From an uncultured Acidimicrobiaceae bacterium (GTDB lineage: Bacteria > Actinomycetota > Acidimicrobiia > Acidimicrobiales > Bog-793), in assembly GCA_963823945.1 (NCBI GenBank), contig CAWGNK010000005.1, positions 22,452-86,451 on the forward strand: DNA of 64,000 nt. The letters run 5' to 3'. This document shows positions 55,591 to 64,000 of the stretch, in pieces. A program made the position numbers and the translations under genes. The notes below the pieces were generated by a model that saw nothing but the letters and a program-made list of their open reading frames with translations, searched no databases and was not told the origin of the DNA. Each line of letters begins with the position of its first letter. Position 1 is the first letter of the stretch.

Positions 55591-57021
55591 CTACCGGCGG
55601 TCGGCGACACCGGCGAGCTGATTCCGCGTCGGCTCGGCGCAGCAGAACCACGGCTCGCTGAGGTGCGGGCGCCCCGCCGGCTCGGGGCCGCGCGTCGCGA
55701 CGGGCTCCGGGGGACCGGGGTCGCGCCGGCCGAGGCGGGCGAAGACGAGGGCGCGCACGGCGGCGTAGGTCGCCGCGGCGGGCTCCGCCGTCTCGGCGGC
55801 GCGCTCGGTGAGGGCCGCCAGCTCGGCCTGCAACTCGTCGAGGAGCGGGTCCTCCGCCGACCATCGGTAGCCGAGCAGGGCCGCGTCGAATTCCTGTAGG
55901 CGGCCGGCGAGCACGGGGTCGTCGGCCTCGAGCAGGAGCGAGCCCGGCGGGATGAGGAGGCGGATCGAGTACTGGACCGGGTCGACGTTCGCCACGAGGT
56001 CGAACGCGGCGACGAAATCCACGATGTCGACGAGGTCCTGGCGGCAGGTCCACGGTGTGAACGGCAGCAACGAGGGCCGGATCTCGACGCCCACCTCGCG
56101 CAGCTCGGCGACGGCACGGCCGGCGTCGGCCGCCGTGTGGCCCTTGTCCAGCCGGGCCAGCACGGTGTCGCTCGTCGACTCGAAGGCCGAGACGACGAAG
56201 ACGAGTCCGAGGTGCGCGAGTTCTGCGACGACGTCGCGGTGGCGCAGCAGATGGGAGACCTTGATCGTCGCGTCGAACGTGACGCCGGGGTGCCGGGCGT
56301 GGAGGCCCCGCGCGACCCGGAGCGCGTGCGCCGGGCGGTTGAGGAAGTCGGGGTCGGCGAAGCGCACGTGGCCGGCACCGGCCGCGACGAGGCCGTCGAC
56401 GTCGGCGAGCACCGCTTCGGCCGCGACGGGGCGCGACCGCCCGTTGTAGACGACGGGGACCGGGCAGTGCCGGCAGCGGTGGTTGCAGCCCCGGCTCGCC
56501 TCGACCGTCCCGACGAGCCGCTCGCCGTCGGCCGTGACGAGACGCGCGTAGGCCCCGAGACCGGGGAGCCCCGCGCGCCGCGGGAGCACGACACCGTCCG
56601 CGCCTGTGGCCCGTGCCCGCCCGAGGTCGACGGCCACCTCGGGGCCACCCACCGGGCCGTTCCCCGCCAGCCAGCCCGCGAGGGCGGCGCCGGCCTCGCC
56701 GGCGACCGCGAGGTCGCTCTCGCCAAGGGCGCCGGTTGCGGCCGCCACCGGGGCGTACAGGCCGTAGAGGGCGACCGGCACGCCGGGGCGCGTCGCGCGC
56801 AGCCGGTCGATCGCCGCCAGCGCAAGCCGCAGGGCGGTGTGCATCGGGACGGAGAAGGCGACGGCCTCGGCCCAGCCGACGTCGGCGGCCGGCCACGGCT
56901 CGACGGCGAGGTCGACGCTGCGCACCTCGTGGCCCGCCCGGGTGAGCTCGGCCGCCGGCCAGGCGAGGCCGAGCGGCTGCGCGCCGAGCTCGTAGGTCGA
57001 GACGAGTAGAACCCGGCTCAC
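55591..57021 (-). CDS. B12-binding-domain radical SAM protein with C-terminal CCAEP motif
   Basis: The N-terminal Rossmann-like region (VLLVSTYELG..) resembles B12-binding rSAMs. Cluster motif EASRGCNHRCRHCPV. The C-terminal WFCCAEPT is encoded TGC TGC. The GTG at 57021 overlaps the upstream TGA. Confidence 0.8.
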   Translation of the reverse strand: MSRVLLVSTYELGAQPLGLAWPAAELTRAGHEVRSVDLAVEPWPAADVGWAEAVAFSVPMHTALRLALAAIDRLRATRPGVPVALYGLYAPVAAATGALGESDLAVAGEAGAALAGWLAGNGPVGGPEVAVDLGRARATGADGVVLPRRAGLPGLGAYARLVTADGERLVGTVEASRGCNHRCRHCPVPVVYNGRSRPVAAEAVLADVDGLVAAGAGHVRFADPDFLNRPAHALRVARGLHARHPGVTFDATIKVSHLLRHRDVVAELAHLGLVFVVSAFESTSDTVLARLDKGHTAADAGRAVAELREVGVEIRPSLLPFTPWTCRQDLVDIVDFVAAFDLVANVDPVQYSIRLLIPPGSLLLEADDPVLAGRLQEFDAALLGYRWSAEDPLLDELQAELAALTERAAETAEPAAATYAAVRALVFARLGRRDPGPPEPVATRGPEPAGRPHLSEPWFCCAEPTRNQLAGVADRR

Positions 57022-58295
57022 GCGCCCGCTCCGGCGGCGATCTCGGTGTCGACGCGCACGGCGAGCGAGCCGAAGCCGCGCCGCAGCGCCGCCTCGACCT
57101 GGTCCGGGCGCTCGGCCCGGGCGAAGAGGAACCCGAGATAGCGGTCCCCGGCCGGCCACGCCTGAAGCATCCCGCCGACGGGGACCGTCACCTCGAGACC
57201 CCACACCCCGGGAACGCTCAGGGCGGCGCCGGTTCCGTCGATGCCGGCGAAGCGGCCCGAGGCGGGGACGGGGAGCATCATCACGCCCGAGGCGCCCGGC
57301 AGCCGGGCTGCCCCGAGGTCGAGGTCGAGTCCGAGGGCGTGGGCGAGGACGAGCTCCTCGAGCGACCGGCCCGACGAGAAGCGCAACGCCTTCGAGCACC
57401 TGCCGCCGATCGTGCGCGCCGCCACCTCGAGCATGACGACCCGGGCACCGGGATCCGACCCCGTGGGCGCCAGACGGGCCTCGGCGTGAACGGGGCCATC
57501 GACGAGGCCGAGGGCGGCACAGGCGACCTGGACCGTGGTGCGAGCCTCGTCGAGGACCGCGGCCCGGTGGCGGGAGGGGGTGACGTAGATCGTCTCCTCG
57601 AAGTACGGGCCCTCGAGCGGGTCGGGCTTGTCGAAGACGGCGAGCACCTCGAGGTGGCCGGCGGTGAGGAGCCCCTCGAGCGCGACCTCGTCGCCCGGGA
57701 CGAACGATTCGACGAGGAGCGGTTCGTCGGCGGGCCGGCCGGCGGCGGCGGCGATGCGGCGCACCGCGACCGCCGCCTCCCGGGCGCTTCCTTTGTCGTC
57801 GGCCCGGATGACGCCGCGGCTCGCCGAGAGCGAGCACGGCTTCACGACGACCGGGTAGCCGAGACGGGCGCCGGCCGCGGCGACGGCACCGGGCTCGTCG
57901 GGGCTCGTCGGGGCGATCTCGAAGGCCGGTTGGCGGACCCCGGCGCGCGACAGCAGCTGCCGCATCACGGCCTTGTCGCGGGTCGCGGCGATCGCCGCGG
58001 CCGGGTTCCTGGCGAGACCGAGTCGTTCGGCGGCGGCGGCCGCGGCCAGCGCGCCCACGTCGTCGACGGCGACGAGGGCGTCGAGCGGTGTCACCGAGTG
58101 GAACGACTCCACCGCGTCGGCGGCAGCCGTTGGGTCGTCGAGCGGTAGGACGAGAAACCGGTCCGGCAGGGCGCCGGCCATCGCCTGGGGGGCGTCCGAT
58201 CCGGTCACGACGTCGACTCCCAGTCGCGCCGCCGCGGCGAGAAACTCGGTCGCGCGGTAGGTCGACGACGGCAGCACGAGAAGGACGCGTGTCAT
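57018..58295 (-). CDS. ATP-grasp domain protein
   Basis: ..ATRDKAVMRQLL..AGV.QP.F......GYPVVVKP...SASRGVIRADD... is a typical ATP-grasp core. Start at MTRVLLVLP (58295). Confidence 0.8.
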   Translation of the reverse strand: MTRVLLVLPSSTYRATEFLAAAARLGVDVVTGSDAPQAMAGALPDRFLVLPLDDPTAAADAVESFHSVTPLDALVAVDDVGALAAAAAAERLGLARNPAAAIAATRDKAVMRQLLSRAGVRQPAFEIAPTSPDEPGAVAAAGARLGYPVVVKPCSLSASRGVIRADDKGSAREAAVAVRRIAAAAGRPADEPLLVESFVPGDEVALEGLLTAGHLEVLAVFDKPDPLEGPYFEETIYVTPSRHRAAVLDEARTTVQVACAALGLVDGPVHAEARLAPTGSDPGARVVMLEVAARTIGGRCSKALRFSSGRSLEELVLAHALGLDLDLGAARLPGASGVMMLPVPASGRFAGIDGTGAALSVPGVWGLEVTVPVGGMLQAWPAGDRYLGFLFARAERPDQVEAALRRGFGSLAVRVDTEIAAGAGA

Positions 58296-58372
58296 GCCAC
58301 CATCATGCCGGTTTGCCGCGCCGTCCAAGCGCGGCGCGCGAGGTCGCGCGGGGCGACCCCTACCATGGCCCC

Positions 58373-59017
58373 GTGGCGGACGACGCGATCGAACGGCTGG
58401 ACCCCGGACGGGTCCTCACGGTCACGGACGCGGCGCGGGCCGTGATCCTCGAGGCCCGCGCCGCCGAGGCAGATCCCGAGAGCCTGGCGCTGTTCGTCGA
58501 GGTGATCGGGGCGGAGAACGGCGCCTACGTCTACGAGATGTGGTTCGAGGCGCCGATCGACGCCGGGCCGCGCGACGTTCCCCATCGCTACGGGGACCTC
58601 ACCGTCGTCGTCGGTGGCGACAGTGTCGACAAGGTGCGCGGGGCGACGCTCGACGCCGGCGAGCAGGGGCTCGTCATGGTGAACCCGAACACGCCGTTGG
58701 CGGCGCCGAACGTGCCCGCCGTAGCGGAGGGCGACGTGACGAGCCCGGTCGCCCGGGCGGTGATCGCCGTGCTTGAAGAGCAGGTGAACCCCCAGATCGC
58801 CATGCACGGGGGTCGCGCCGACCTCGTCGCCGTCGACGAGGGTGTCGCCTACCTGCGTCTCTCCGGCGGTTGCCAGGGGTGCGGGCTCGCGGCGGTGACG
58901 CTCGGCCAGGGGATCACCGTGGCGATCAGACAGGCGGTGCCCGAGATCGTCGACGTCGTCGACGTCACCTCCCACCAGGAGGGCCGCAACCCCTACTTCG
59001 AGCCGGCGAAGAAGTGA
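58373..59017 (+). CDS. Fe-S cluster assembly protein, Nfu-type (HesB/IscA-like N-domain + NifU C-domain)
   Basis: C-terminal ..EEQVNPQIAMHGGRADLVAV..GVAYLRLSGGCQGCG.A..TL is the NifU-C signature. Start at GTG 58373. Confidence 0.8.
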   Translation: MADDAIERLDPGRVLTVTDAARAVILEARAAEADPESLALFVEVIGAENGAYVYEMWFEAPIDAGPRDVPHRYGDLTVVVGGDSVDKVRGATLDAGEQGLVMVNPNTPLAAPNVPAVAEGDVTSPVARAVIAVLEEQVNPQIAMHGGRADLVAVDEGVAYLRLSGGCQGCGLAAVTLGQGITVAIRQAVPEIVDVVDVTSHQEGRNPYFEPAKK

Positions 59018-59067
59018 ACCTGGCTGCCGACTCTGCCTTTGAGCAGGCGAGACGGTAGATTCCACCA

Positions 59068-60276
59068 GTGCTCCGCTTCCTCACGGCCGGTGAATCGCAC
59101 GGCCGCGCGCTCGTCGCCATCGTCGAGGGCCTGCCCGCAGGGCTGCCGATCACGGTCGACGAGATCCGCCTCGAGCTCGCCCGCCGGCGGCTCGGTTACG
59201 GACGCGGGCCGCGCATGCGCGTCGAGCGCGACGAGGTCGTCCTCGTCGGCGGAGTCCGGCACGGCCGGACGCTCGGCTCGCCCGTCGCGATCGAGATCGC
59301 CAACTCCGAGTGGCCGAAATGGGAGCGGGAGATGTCACCCGATCCCGGGAAGCCGGAGAAGCTCCTCACCGCGCCCCGTCCGGGACATGCCGACCTGGCG
59401 GGCATGGAGAAGCACGGCTTTGACGACGCGCGCGATGTGCTCGAGCGGGCCTCGGCCCGCGAGACGGCGGCCCGGGTCGCGGCGGGCACGCTTTTCAAGG
59501 CACTGCTCGGCGAGATCGGCGTCTCCATCGTCAGTCACGTCGTCGCGCTCGGCACGGTCGCCGCGTCGTCCGGAGCGCGACCGCGTCCCGAGGATCTCGT
59601 CGCCGTCGACGCCTCGCCGGTCCGCTGTTTCGATGTCGTGGCGGCCGACGCGATGATCGCCGCGATCAAGGCGGCCGCCAAGGACGGCGACTCGCTCGGG
59701 GGTGTCGCCGAGGTCATCGGCTACGGCGTGCCGGTCGGGCTCGGCAGCTACGCCCACTGGGACCGTCGCCTCGACGGTCTGCTCGCCCAGGCGCTGATGA
59801 GCATCCCCGCCGTGAAGGCCGTCGAGATCGGCGACGCGATCGCCATCGCCACGCGTCGCGGCTCCGAGGCGCACGACGCCATCTTCTGGGACGCGCCGAA
59901 TGCGATGTACCGGCGCGAGACCAGCCACGCCGGCGGCATCGAGGGCGGCGTCTCGACGGGAGGGTTGCTCCTCGCCCGGGCGGTGATGAAGCCGCTCGCG
60001 ACGCTGAACCGCCCCGTGCTGGCGACGGTCGACGTCGCGACGAAGAAGGGCACGCTCGCGTTCAAGGAGCGCACCGACGTGACGGCCGTCCCGGCGATGG
60101 GCGTCGTCGCGGAGGCGATGGTCGCCTTCGTGCTCGCCGCCGAGGCGCTCCGCAAGTTCGGCGGCGACTCGGTCGCCGAGTTTGTCCGCAACCGCGACGG
60201 TTTCGTCGCCTCCCTCGGCTCGAGCCCGTCCGCCCCCGGCGCCGGCAGGACCCCGGCGGAGCCGGACCGGCCGTGA
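59068..60276 (+). CDS. aroC: Chorismate synthase
   Basis: MLRFLTAGESHG.AL.AIVEG.PAG...RRRLGYGRG.RM..E.D. Confidence 0.95.
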   Translation: MLRFLTAGESHGRALVAIVEGLPAGLPITVDEIRLELARRRLGYGRGPRMRVERDEVVLVGGVRHGRTLGSPVAIEIANSEWPKWEREMSPDPGKPEKLLTAPRPGHADLAGMEKHGFDDARDVLERASARETAARVAAGTLFKALLGEIGVSIVSHVVALGTVAASSGARPRPEDLVAVDASPVRCFDVVAADAMIAAIKAAAKDGDSLGGVAEVIGYGVPVGLGSYAHWDRRLDGLLAQALMSIPAVKAVEIGDAIAIATRRGSEAHDAIFWDAPNAMYRRETSHAGGIEGGVSTGGLLLARAVMKPLATLNRPVLATVDVATKKGTLAFKERTDVTAVPAMGVVAEAMVAFVLAAEALRKFGGDSVAEFVRNRDGFVASLGSSPSAPGAGRTPAEPDRP

Positions 60277-61856
60277 CGGCCCCTGGGGGGCTCGACCGCC
60301 GCCACATCGTGCTCGTCGGCATGATGGGGACGGGCAAGTCGTCGGCGGGTGACGGGCTCGCCACGCTGCTCGACCGGCCGTTCGTCGACACCGACGCGAT
60401 GGTCGCGGCCCACTGCGGGATGGACATCGCCGATCTGTGGGCGGCCGAAGGTGAGGCGCGGGTGCGCCAACTCGAGTCGGCCGTGCTCGCCGAGGCGATC
60501 GCCTCGGCGTCCCCGTCGGTCATCGCCGCCGGGGGTGGCGCCGTCCTCGACCCGGCGAACCGGGCCGCCATCGCGAGGGCGGGGGACGTCGTCTGGTTGC
60601 GGGCGGAAGTCGACACCCTCGTCGAGCGGCTCGGCGACGGTGCCGGGAGGCCTTTGCTCGGATCGGACCCCGCCGGCGCGCTCCGCACGATCGAGCCGGC
60701 ACGCCGACCGCTGTACGCCGAGGTTGCGGGCGTGATCGTCGACGTCGACAAGTTCGGCCCGGAGGCGACGGTGGCCGCCGTGCTCGGCGCCCTCCAGCGT
60801 CGGATCGAGGTCACCCTGCCGGGACGTCCCTACGAGGTCGTCGTCGGGCCGGGGGCGCGTCACCTGCTCGGCTCCGTCGTCCCGCCGGACGCGACGCGCG
60901 CCGCCGTCGTCACGCAGACGGCCGTGGACGTCGCCGTCTCGACCGGGCTCGAGGAGATCGAGTTTCTGATCGGTCCCGGCGAGTCTGCCAAGTCGTTCCA
61001 AACGGTCGAGGAACTCTGCCGGGGGTTCGCGCGCGCCGGGCTGACCCGGGCGGACGTCGTCGTCGCCGTCGGGGGTGGCGTCGTCACCGACGTGGCGGGG
61101 TTCGCCGCCGCCTGCTACCACCGTGGTGTTGCCGTCGTCCACGTGCCGACGACATTGCTCTCCCAGGTGGACGCCGCTGTCGGCGGGAAGACGGGCGTCA
61201 ACCTGGCGGAGGGCAAGAACCTCGTCGGGTCCTTCTGGCAGCCGGCCGCCGTGCTCTGCGACACCGACACGCTCCGGACGCTGCCCGCGCGCGAATGGCG
61301 CTCGGGTTTCGGCGAGATGGCGAAGTACGAGTGCCTCGGTCTCGCCGACCTCGACGAGCTGGCGCTCGTCGACCAGATCGCCTCCTGCGTCGCGGCGAAG
61401 GCCGCGATCGTCGCCGCCGACGAGCGGGACGCCGACCGGAGGATGACGCTCAACTACGGCCACACACTCGCCCATGCCCTCGAGGCGGCGGGATTCGCCG
61501 AGACGGTGGACGACTCGTCGATCCGGCACGGCGAGGCCGTCGGCATTGGGCTCGTCTTCGCCGCGCGCCTGGCGGCCGTCACGGGCCGCCTCGACGCCGC
61601 CGACGTCCGCCGCCACGTCGCCGTCGTCGAGCGCTACGGGCTCGCCACCTCGATTCCGCCCGACCTCGACCTGGACGAACTGCTGGTCTTCATGGCGCGG
61701 GACAAAAAGACCCGCACCGGGCTGAGCTTCGTGCTCGACGGCCCCCGCGGCGTCGAGTTCGTTGGCGATGTCGACCCCGCCGCCGTGCGCGAGGCGCTGC
61801 GCGCGACCCAGGCCGGGGGTGGCACGCTGCACGACGTCAAGGAGGCGACCGCGTGA
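60273..61856 (+). CDS. aroKB: Fused shikimate kinase / 3-dehydroquinate synthase
   Basis: One 527-codon frame without a stop. The N-terminal ~170 aa is AroK (VLVGMMGTGKSS.G..LA..L...F.DTD). The rest is AroB (GGGVVTDVAGFAAA.YHRGV..VHVPTTLLSQVDAAVGGKTGVN). Confidence 0.85.
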   Translation: MTAPGGLDRRHIVLVGMMGTGKSSAGDGLATLLDRPFVDTDAMVAAHCGMDIADLWAAEGEARVRQLESAVLAEAIASASPSVIAAGGGAVLDPANRAAIARAGDVVWLRAEVDTLVERLGDGAGRPLLGSDPAGALRTIEPARRPLYAEVAGVIVDVDKFGPEATVAAVLGALQRRIEVTLPGRPYEVVVGPGARHLLGSVVPPDATRAAVVTQTAVDVAVSTGLEEIEFLIGPGESAKSFQTVEELCRGFARAGLTRADVVVAVGGGVVTDVAGFAAACYHRGVAVVHVPTTLLSQVDAAVGGKTGVNLAEGKNLVGSFWQPAAVLCDTDTLRTLPAREWRSGFGEMAKYECLGLADLDELALVDQIASCVAAKAAIVAADERDADRRMTLNYGHTLAHALEAAGFAETVDDSSIRHGEAVGIGLVFAARLAAVTGRLDAADVRRHVAVVERYGLATSIPPDLDLDELLVFMARDKKTRTGLSFVLDGPRGVEFVGDVDPAAVREALRATQAGGGTLHDVKEATA

Positions 61857-62305
61857 CCGAACCCGTCGTGTTGCTGCTCTCGGGACCGAACCTCGGGCTG
61901 CTGGGCGAACGCGAGCCGTCGGTCTACGGCACGGCGACGCTCGCCGAGCACGTCGCCCGGGCCGAGCTCGCGGCCCGCCGGCTGGGGTACGTGCTCGAGC
62001 ACTACCAGAGCGAGCACGAGGGGGATCTCGTCACCGCGGTGCACGGGGCCCGCGGCCGGGTCGCGGCGATCGTGGTCAACGCGGGTGCCCTGTCGCACTA
62101 CGGTTGGTCGCTGCACGACGCGCTGGCGGCGTTCGACGGGTTGGTCGTCGAGCTCCACCTCTCGCACCCCGGTTCGCGGGAGCCGTGGCGCCGCACGTCG
62201 GTCATCGCGCCGGTCGCCGACGGCGTGATCGCGGGCTTCGGGGGGCTGGGTTACGAGCTGGCGGTGGAGGCCGCGGCGCGACTAGTCGAGAAGGGGAAGG
62301 CGTAG
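61853..62305 (+). CDS. aroQ: Type II 3-dehydroquinate dehydratase
   Basis: LLLSGPNLGLLGEREP.VYG..TL......QSEHEG.L......NAGA.SHY and the HLS.P..RE.WR motifs. GTGA overlap with the upstream stop. Confidence 0.92.
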   Translation: MTEPVVLLLSGPNLGLLGEREPSVYGTATLAEHVARAELAARRLGYVLEHYQSEHEGDLVTAVHGARGRVAAIVVNAGALSHYGWSLHDALAAFDGLVVELHLSHPGSREPWRRTSVIAPVADGVIAGFGGLGYELAVEAAARLVEKGKA

Positions 62306-62307
62306 GG

Positions 62308-63441
62308 ATGGCTGTTGAGGTGATCAAGGAGATGGACGAGGCGGGCGGGACCGAGCTCGCGCCGATGGACTACCCGGCGAGGGTCGCCAAGCTGCGCGAA
62401 CGTCTCGGCAAGGAGCGCGTCGGCGGGATCCTCGTCACCTCGCTCAGCAATGTGCGCTACCTGAGCGGGTTCTCCGGCTCGAGCGCCATGCTGCTCGTCA
62501 CGGCGAAGCGGGCGCTGCTCATCACCGACGGGCGTTACAAGGACCAGGCCGCGACCGAGATGGCGGCAGCCGGTGTCGTCGCCGACCTCGAGGTCGCCAC
62601 CGCGACGAAGCAGCTGAAGGCGGTCGCCGCCGCGACCCGCGCGCTGGCGCGGCTCGGCCTCGAGGCCAGGGCCGTCACCTGGGCGTGGCAGCGCGAGCTC
62701 GCCGCGGCGGTGAAGCCGGAGCTCGTCCCGACGACGGGTCTCGTCGAGGCGCTGCGCGTCGTCAAGGACCCGGGCGAGATCGCGCGCATCGAACGGGCCT
62801 GCGAGATCGCCGACATCGCCTTCGCCCAGACCAAGCAGCGCCTCACCGAGGGCGTGAGCGAGTCGGAGTTCGCCGCCGAGCTCGAGTTCGAGATGCGCCG
62901 CCGGGGGGCCGCCGCGGCGTCGTTCGAGTCGATCGTCGCCAGCGGGCCGAACGGCGCGATGCCCCACGCCCAGCCGACGGACCGCGTCATCTCGCCCGGC
63001 GATCTCGTCGTCCTCGACTTCGGCGCTCTCTACGACGGCTACCACTCGGACATGACGCGCACCGTGTGCATCGGTGAGCCGTCGCCGGCCTCGGCCGAGC
63101 TGCTCGCCGCCGTGGCGGCCTCCCAGCGGGCCGGGCTGATCGCCGTCGCGGCGGGGGTGACCGGCGGAGCCGTCGACGAGGCCTGCCGCAAGTCGCTCGC
63201 CGAGGCGGGGCTCGCCGAGGCGTTCTCGCACTCGACCGGCCACGGCGTCGGGCTCGACATCCACGAGGCCCCGACGCTCGCCGCCGGATCCGCCGACTTG
63301 CTCCCGGAGGGCGCCGTCGTCACCGTCGAACCGGGGGCGTATCTCGTCGACCACGGCGGCGTGCGCATCGAGGACACCGTGGTCGTGACCTATGCCGGGC
63401 ACCGCGCGCTCTCCAAGACGACAAAGGACTACGAGCTCTGA
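62308..63441 (+). CDS. M24-family Xaa-Pro aminopeptidase
   Basis: The N-terminal creatinase-like domain (..NVRYLSGF.GS....LV) plus the C-terminal pita-bread motifs (DFGA.Y.GY.SD.TRT, HSTGHGVGLDIHE.P, EPG.Y). Confidence 0.88.
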   Translation: MAVEVIKEMDEAGGTELAPMDYPARVAKLRERLGKERVGGILVTSLSNVRYLSGFSGSSAMLLVTAKRALLITDGRYKDQAATEMAAAGVVADLEVATATKQLKAVAAATRALARLGLEARAVTWAWQRELAAAVKPELVPTTGLVEALRVVKDPGEIARIERACEIADIAFAQTKQRLTEGVSESEFAAELEFEMRRRGAAAASFESIVASGPNGAMPHAQPTDRVISPGDLVVLDFGALYDGYHSDMTRTVCIGEPSPASAELLAAVAASQRAGLIAVAAGVTGGAVDEACRKSLAEAGLAEAFSHSTGHGVGLDIHEAPTLAAGSADLLPEGAVVTVEPGAYLVDHGGVRIEDTVVVTYAGHRALSKTTKDYEL

Positions 63442-64000
63442 TGGCTCTTTCGACGAACGACCTGAGAAATGGGATGGCGCTCGACCTCGCGGACGGGCTC
63501 TACGAGGTCGTCGAGTTTCAGCATGTGAAGCCTGGCAAGGGCGGCGCGTTCGTGCGCACCAAGCTCCGCAACCTGCGGAACAAGGCGGTCGTGGAGCGCA
63601 CCTTCCGCGCGGACGAACGCGTGGAGCAGGCGGTGATCGACAAGCGCGAGATGCAGTTCCTGTACCGCGACGGGGCCGACTACGTGTTCATGGACAACGT
63701 TTCGTTCGACCAGATGACCGTCCCCGCCGCGACGCTCGGCACCGCGGCGTCGTACCTGAAGGTGGGGAACTCCGTCATCCTCATGCTCTACGCCGCCGAG
63801 ATCGTCGACGTCGAGCTGCCCGCCGCCGTCGAGCTCGAGATCACCGCGACCGAGCCGGGCATGCAGGGCGACCGCGTCTCGGGCGCCCGCAAGCCGGCGA
63901 CGACCGAGACCGGGCTCGTCGTCTCGGTGCCGCTGTTCGTCAACCCGGGCGACCGGATCAAGATCGACACCCGGTCCGGTGAGTACCTCACGAGGGCGTA
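63441..64000 (+). CDS. efp: Elongation factor P (stop codon cut by the window end)
   Basis: The ATG at 63441 overlaps the previous stop. ..NDLRNGMAL.L..GLYEVVEFQHVKPGKGGAFVRTKLRNL... 186 codons, then 'ta' at the window edge. Absent from the ORF track because no stop is in the window. Confidence 0.9.
   Translation, partial: MALSTNDLRNGMALDLADGLYEVVEFQHVKPGKGGAFVRTKLRNLRNKAVVERTFRADERVEQAVIDKREMQFLYRDGADYVFMDNVSFDQMTVPAATLGTAASYLKVGNSVILMLYAAEIVDVELPAAVELEITATEPGMQGDRVSGARKPATTETGLVVSVPLFVNPGDRIKIDTRSGEYLTRA

Noticed and set aside
1-64000. CRISPR arrays, rRNA genes, prophage structural modules, toxin-antitoxin pairs and recognisable defence systems.
   Set aside because: I saw no regularly spaced short repeats, no rRNA-like sequence, and no capsid, terminase, tail or known defence-gene motifs in any credible ORF.

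Overview
High-GC, actinobacterial-type chromosomal segment; the taxon is inferred only from gene content (Bpa proteasome activator, classical menaquinone genes, F420-linked gene families). Roughly 0.5-16.0 kb is accessory DNA. A ~13.2-kb integrative island sits in tRNA-Arg(CCT) and is bounded by a perfect 47-bp direct repeat (2800-2846 / 15982-16028). It carries a tyrosine integrase, an apparently intact group II intron, a complete IS1634-family IS, an IS256 relic, and AT-richer cargo genes for secreted or membrane proteins of unknown function. The IS has 16-bp inverted repeats and a 5-bp target duplication, and it has split a secreted-protein gene. A third, degenerate att copy at 501-736 encloses an integrase-less 2.3-kb segment holding osmC and a membrane protein. 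The remaining ~48 kb looks like core genome. Recognisable genes there are: TPR/AAA+ pair, mscL, gabD, a C-S lyase-type aminotransferase, a DEAD-box helicase, bcp, an FrhB-like Fe-S protein, a radical SAM/SPASM + nitronate monooxygenase pair, the MSMEG_4193/DUF3090/SCO1664 triad, msrB, bpa, dnaE, menE/B/A/H/D, tyrS, rnd, an ATP-grasp + CCAEP-tail radical SAM + Cys-rich protein operon, an Nfu-type Fe-S protein, aroC, fused aroK-aroB, aroQ, an M24 peptidase and efp (runs off the window end). No CRISPR array or rRNA was seen. Many long ORFs in the track are antisense shadows typical of high-GC DNA and were rejected. All family assignments come from reading motifs by eye; no searches were run.
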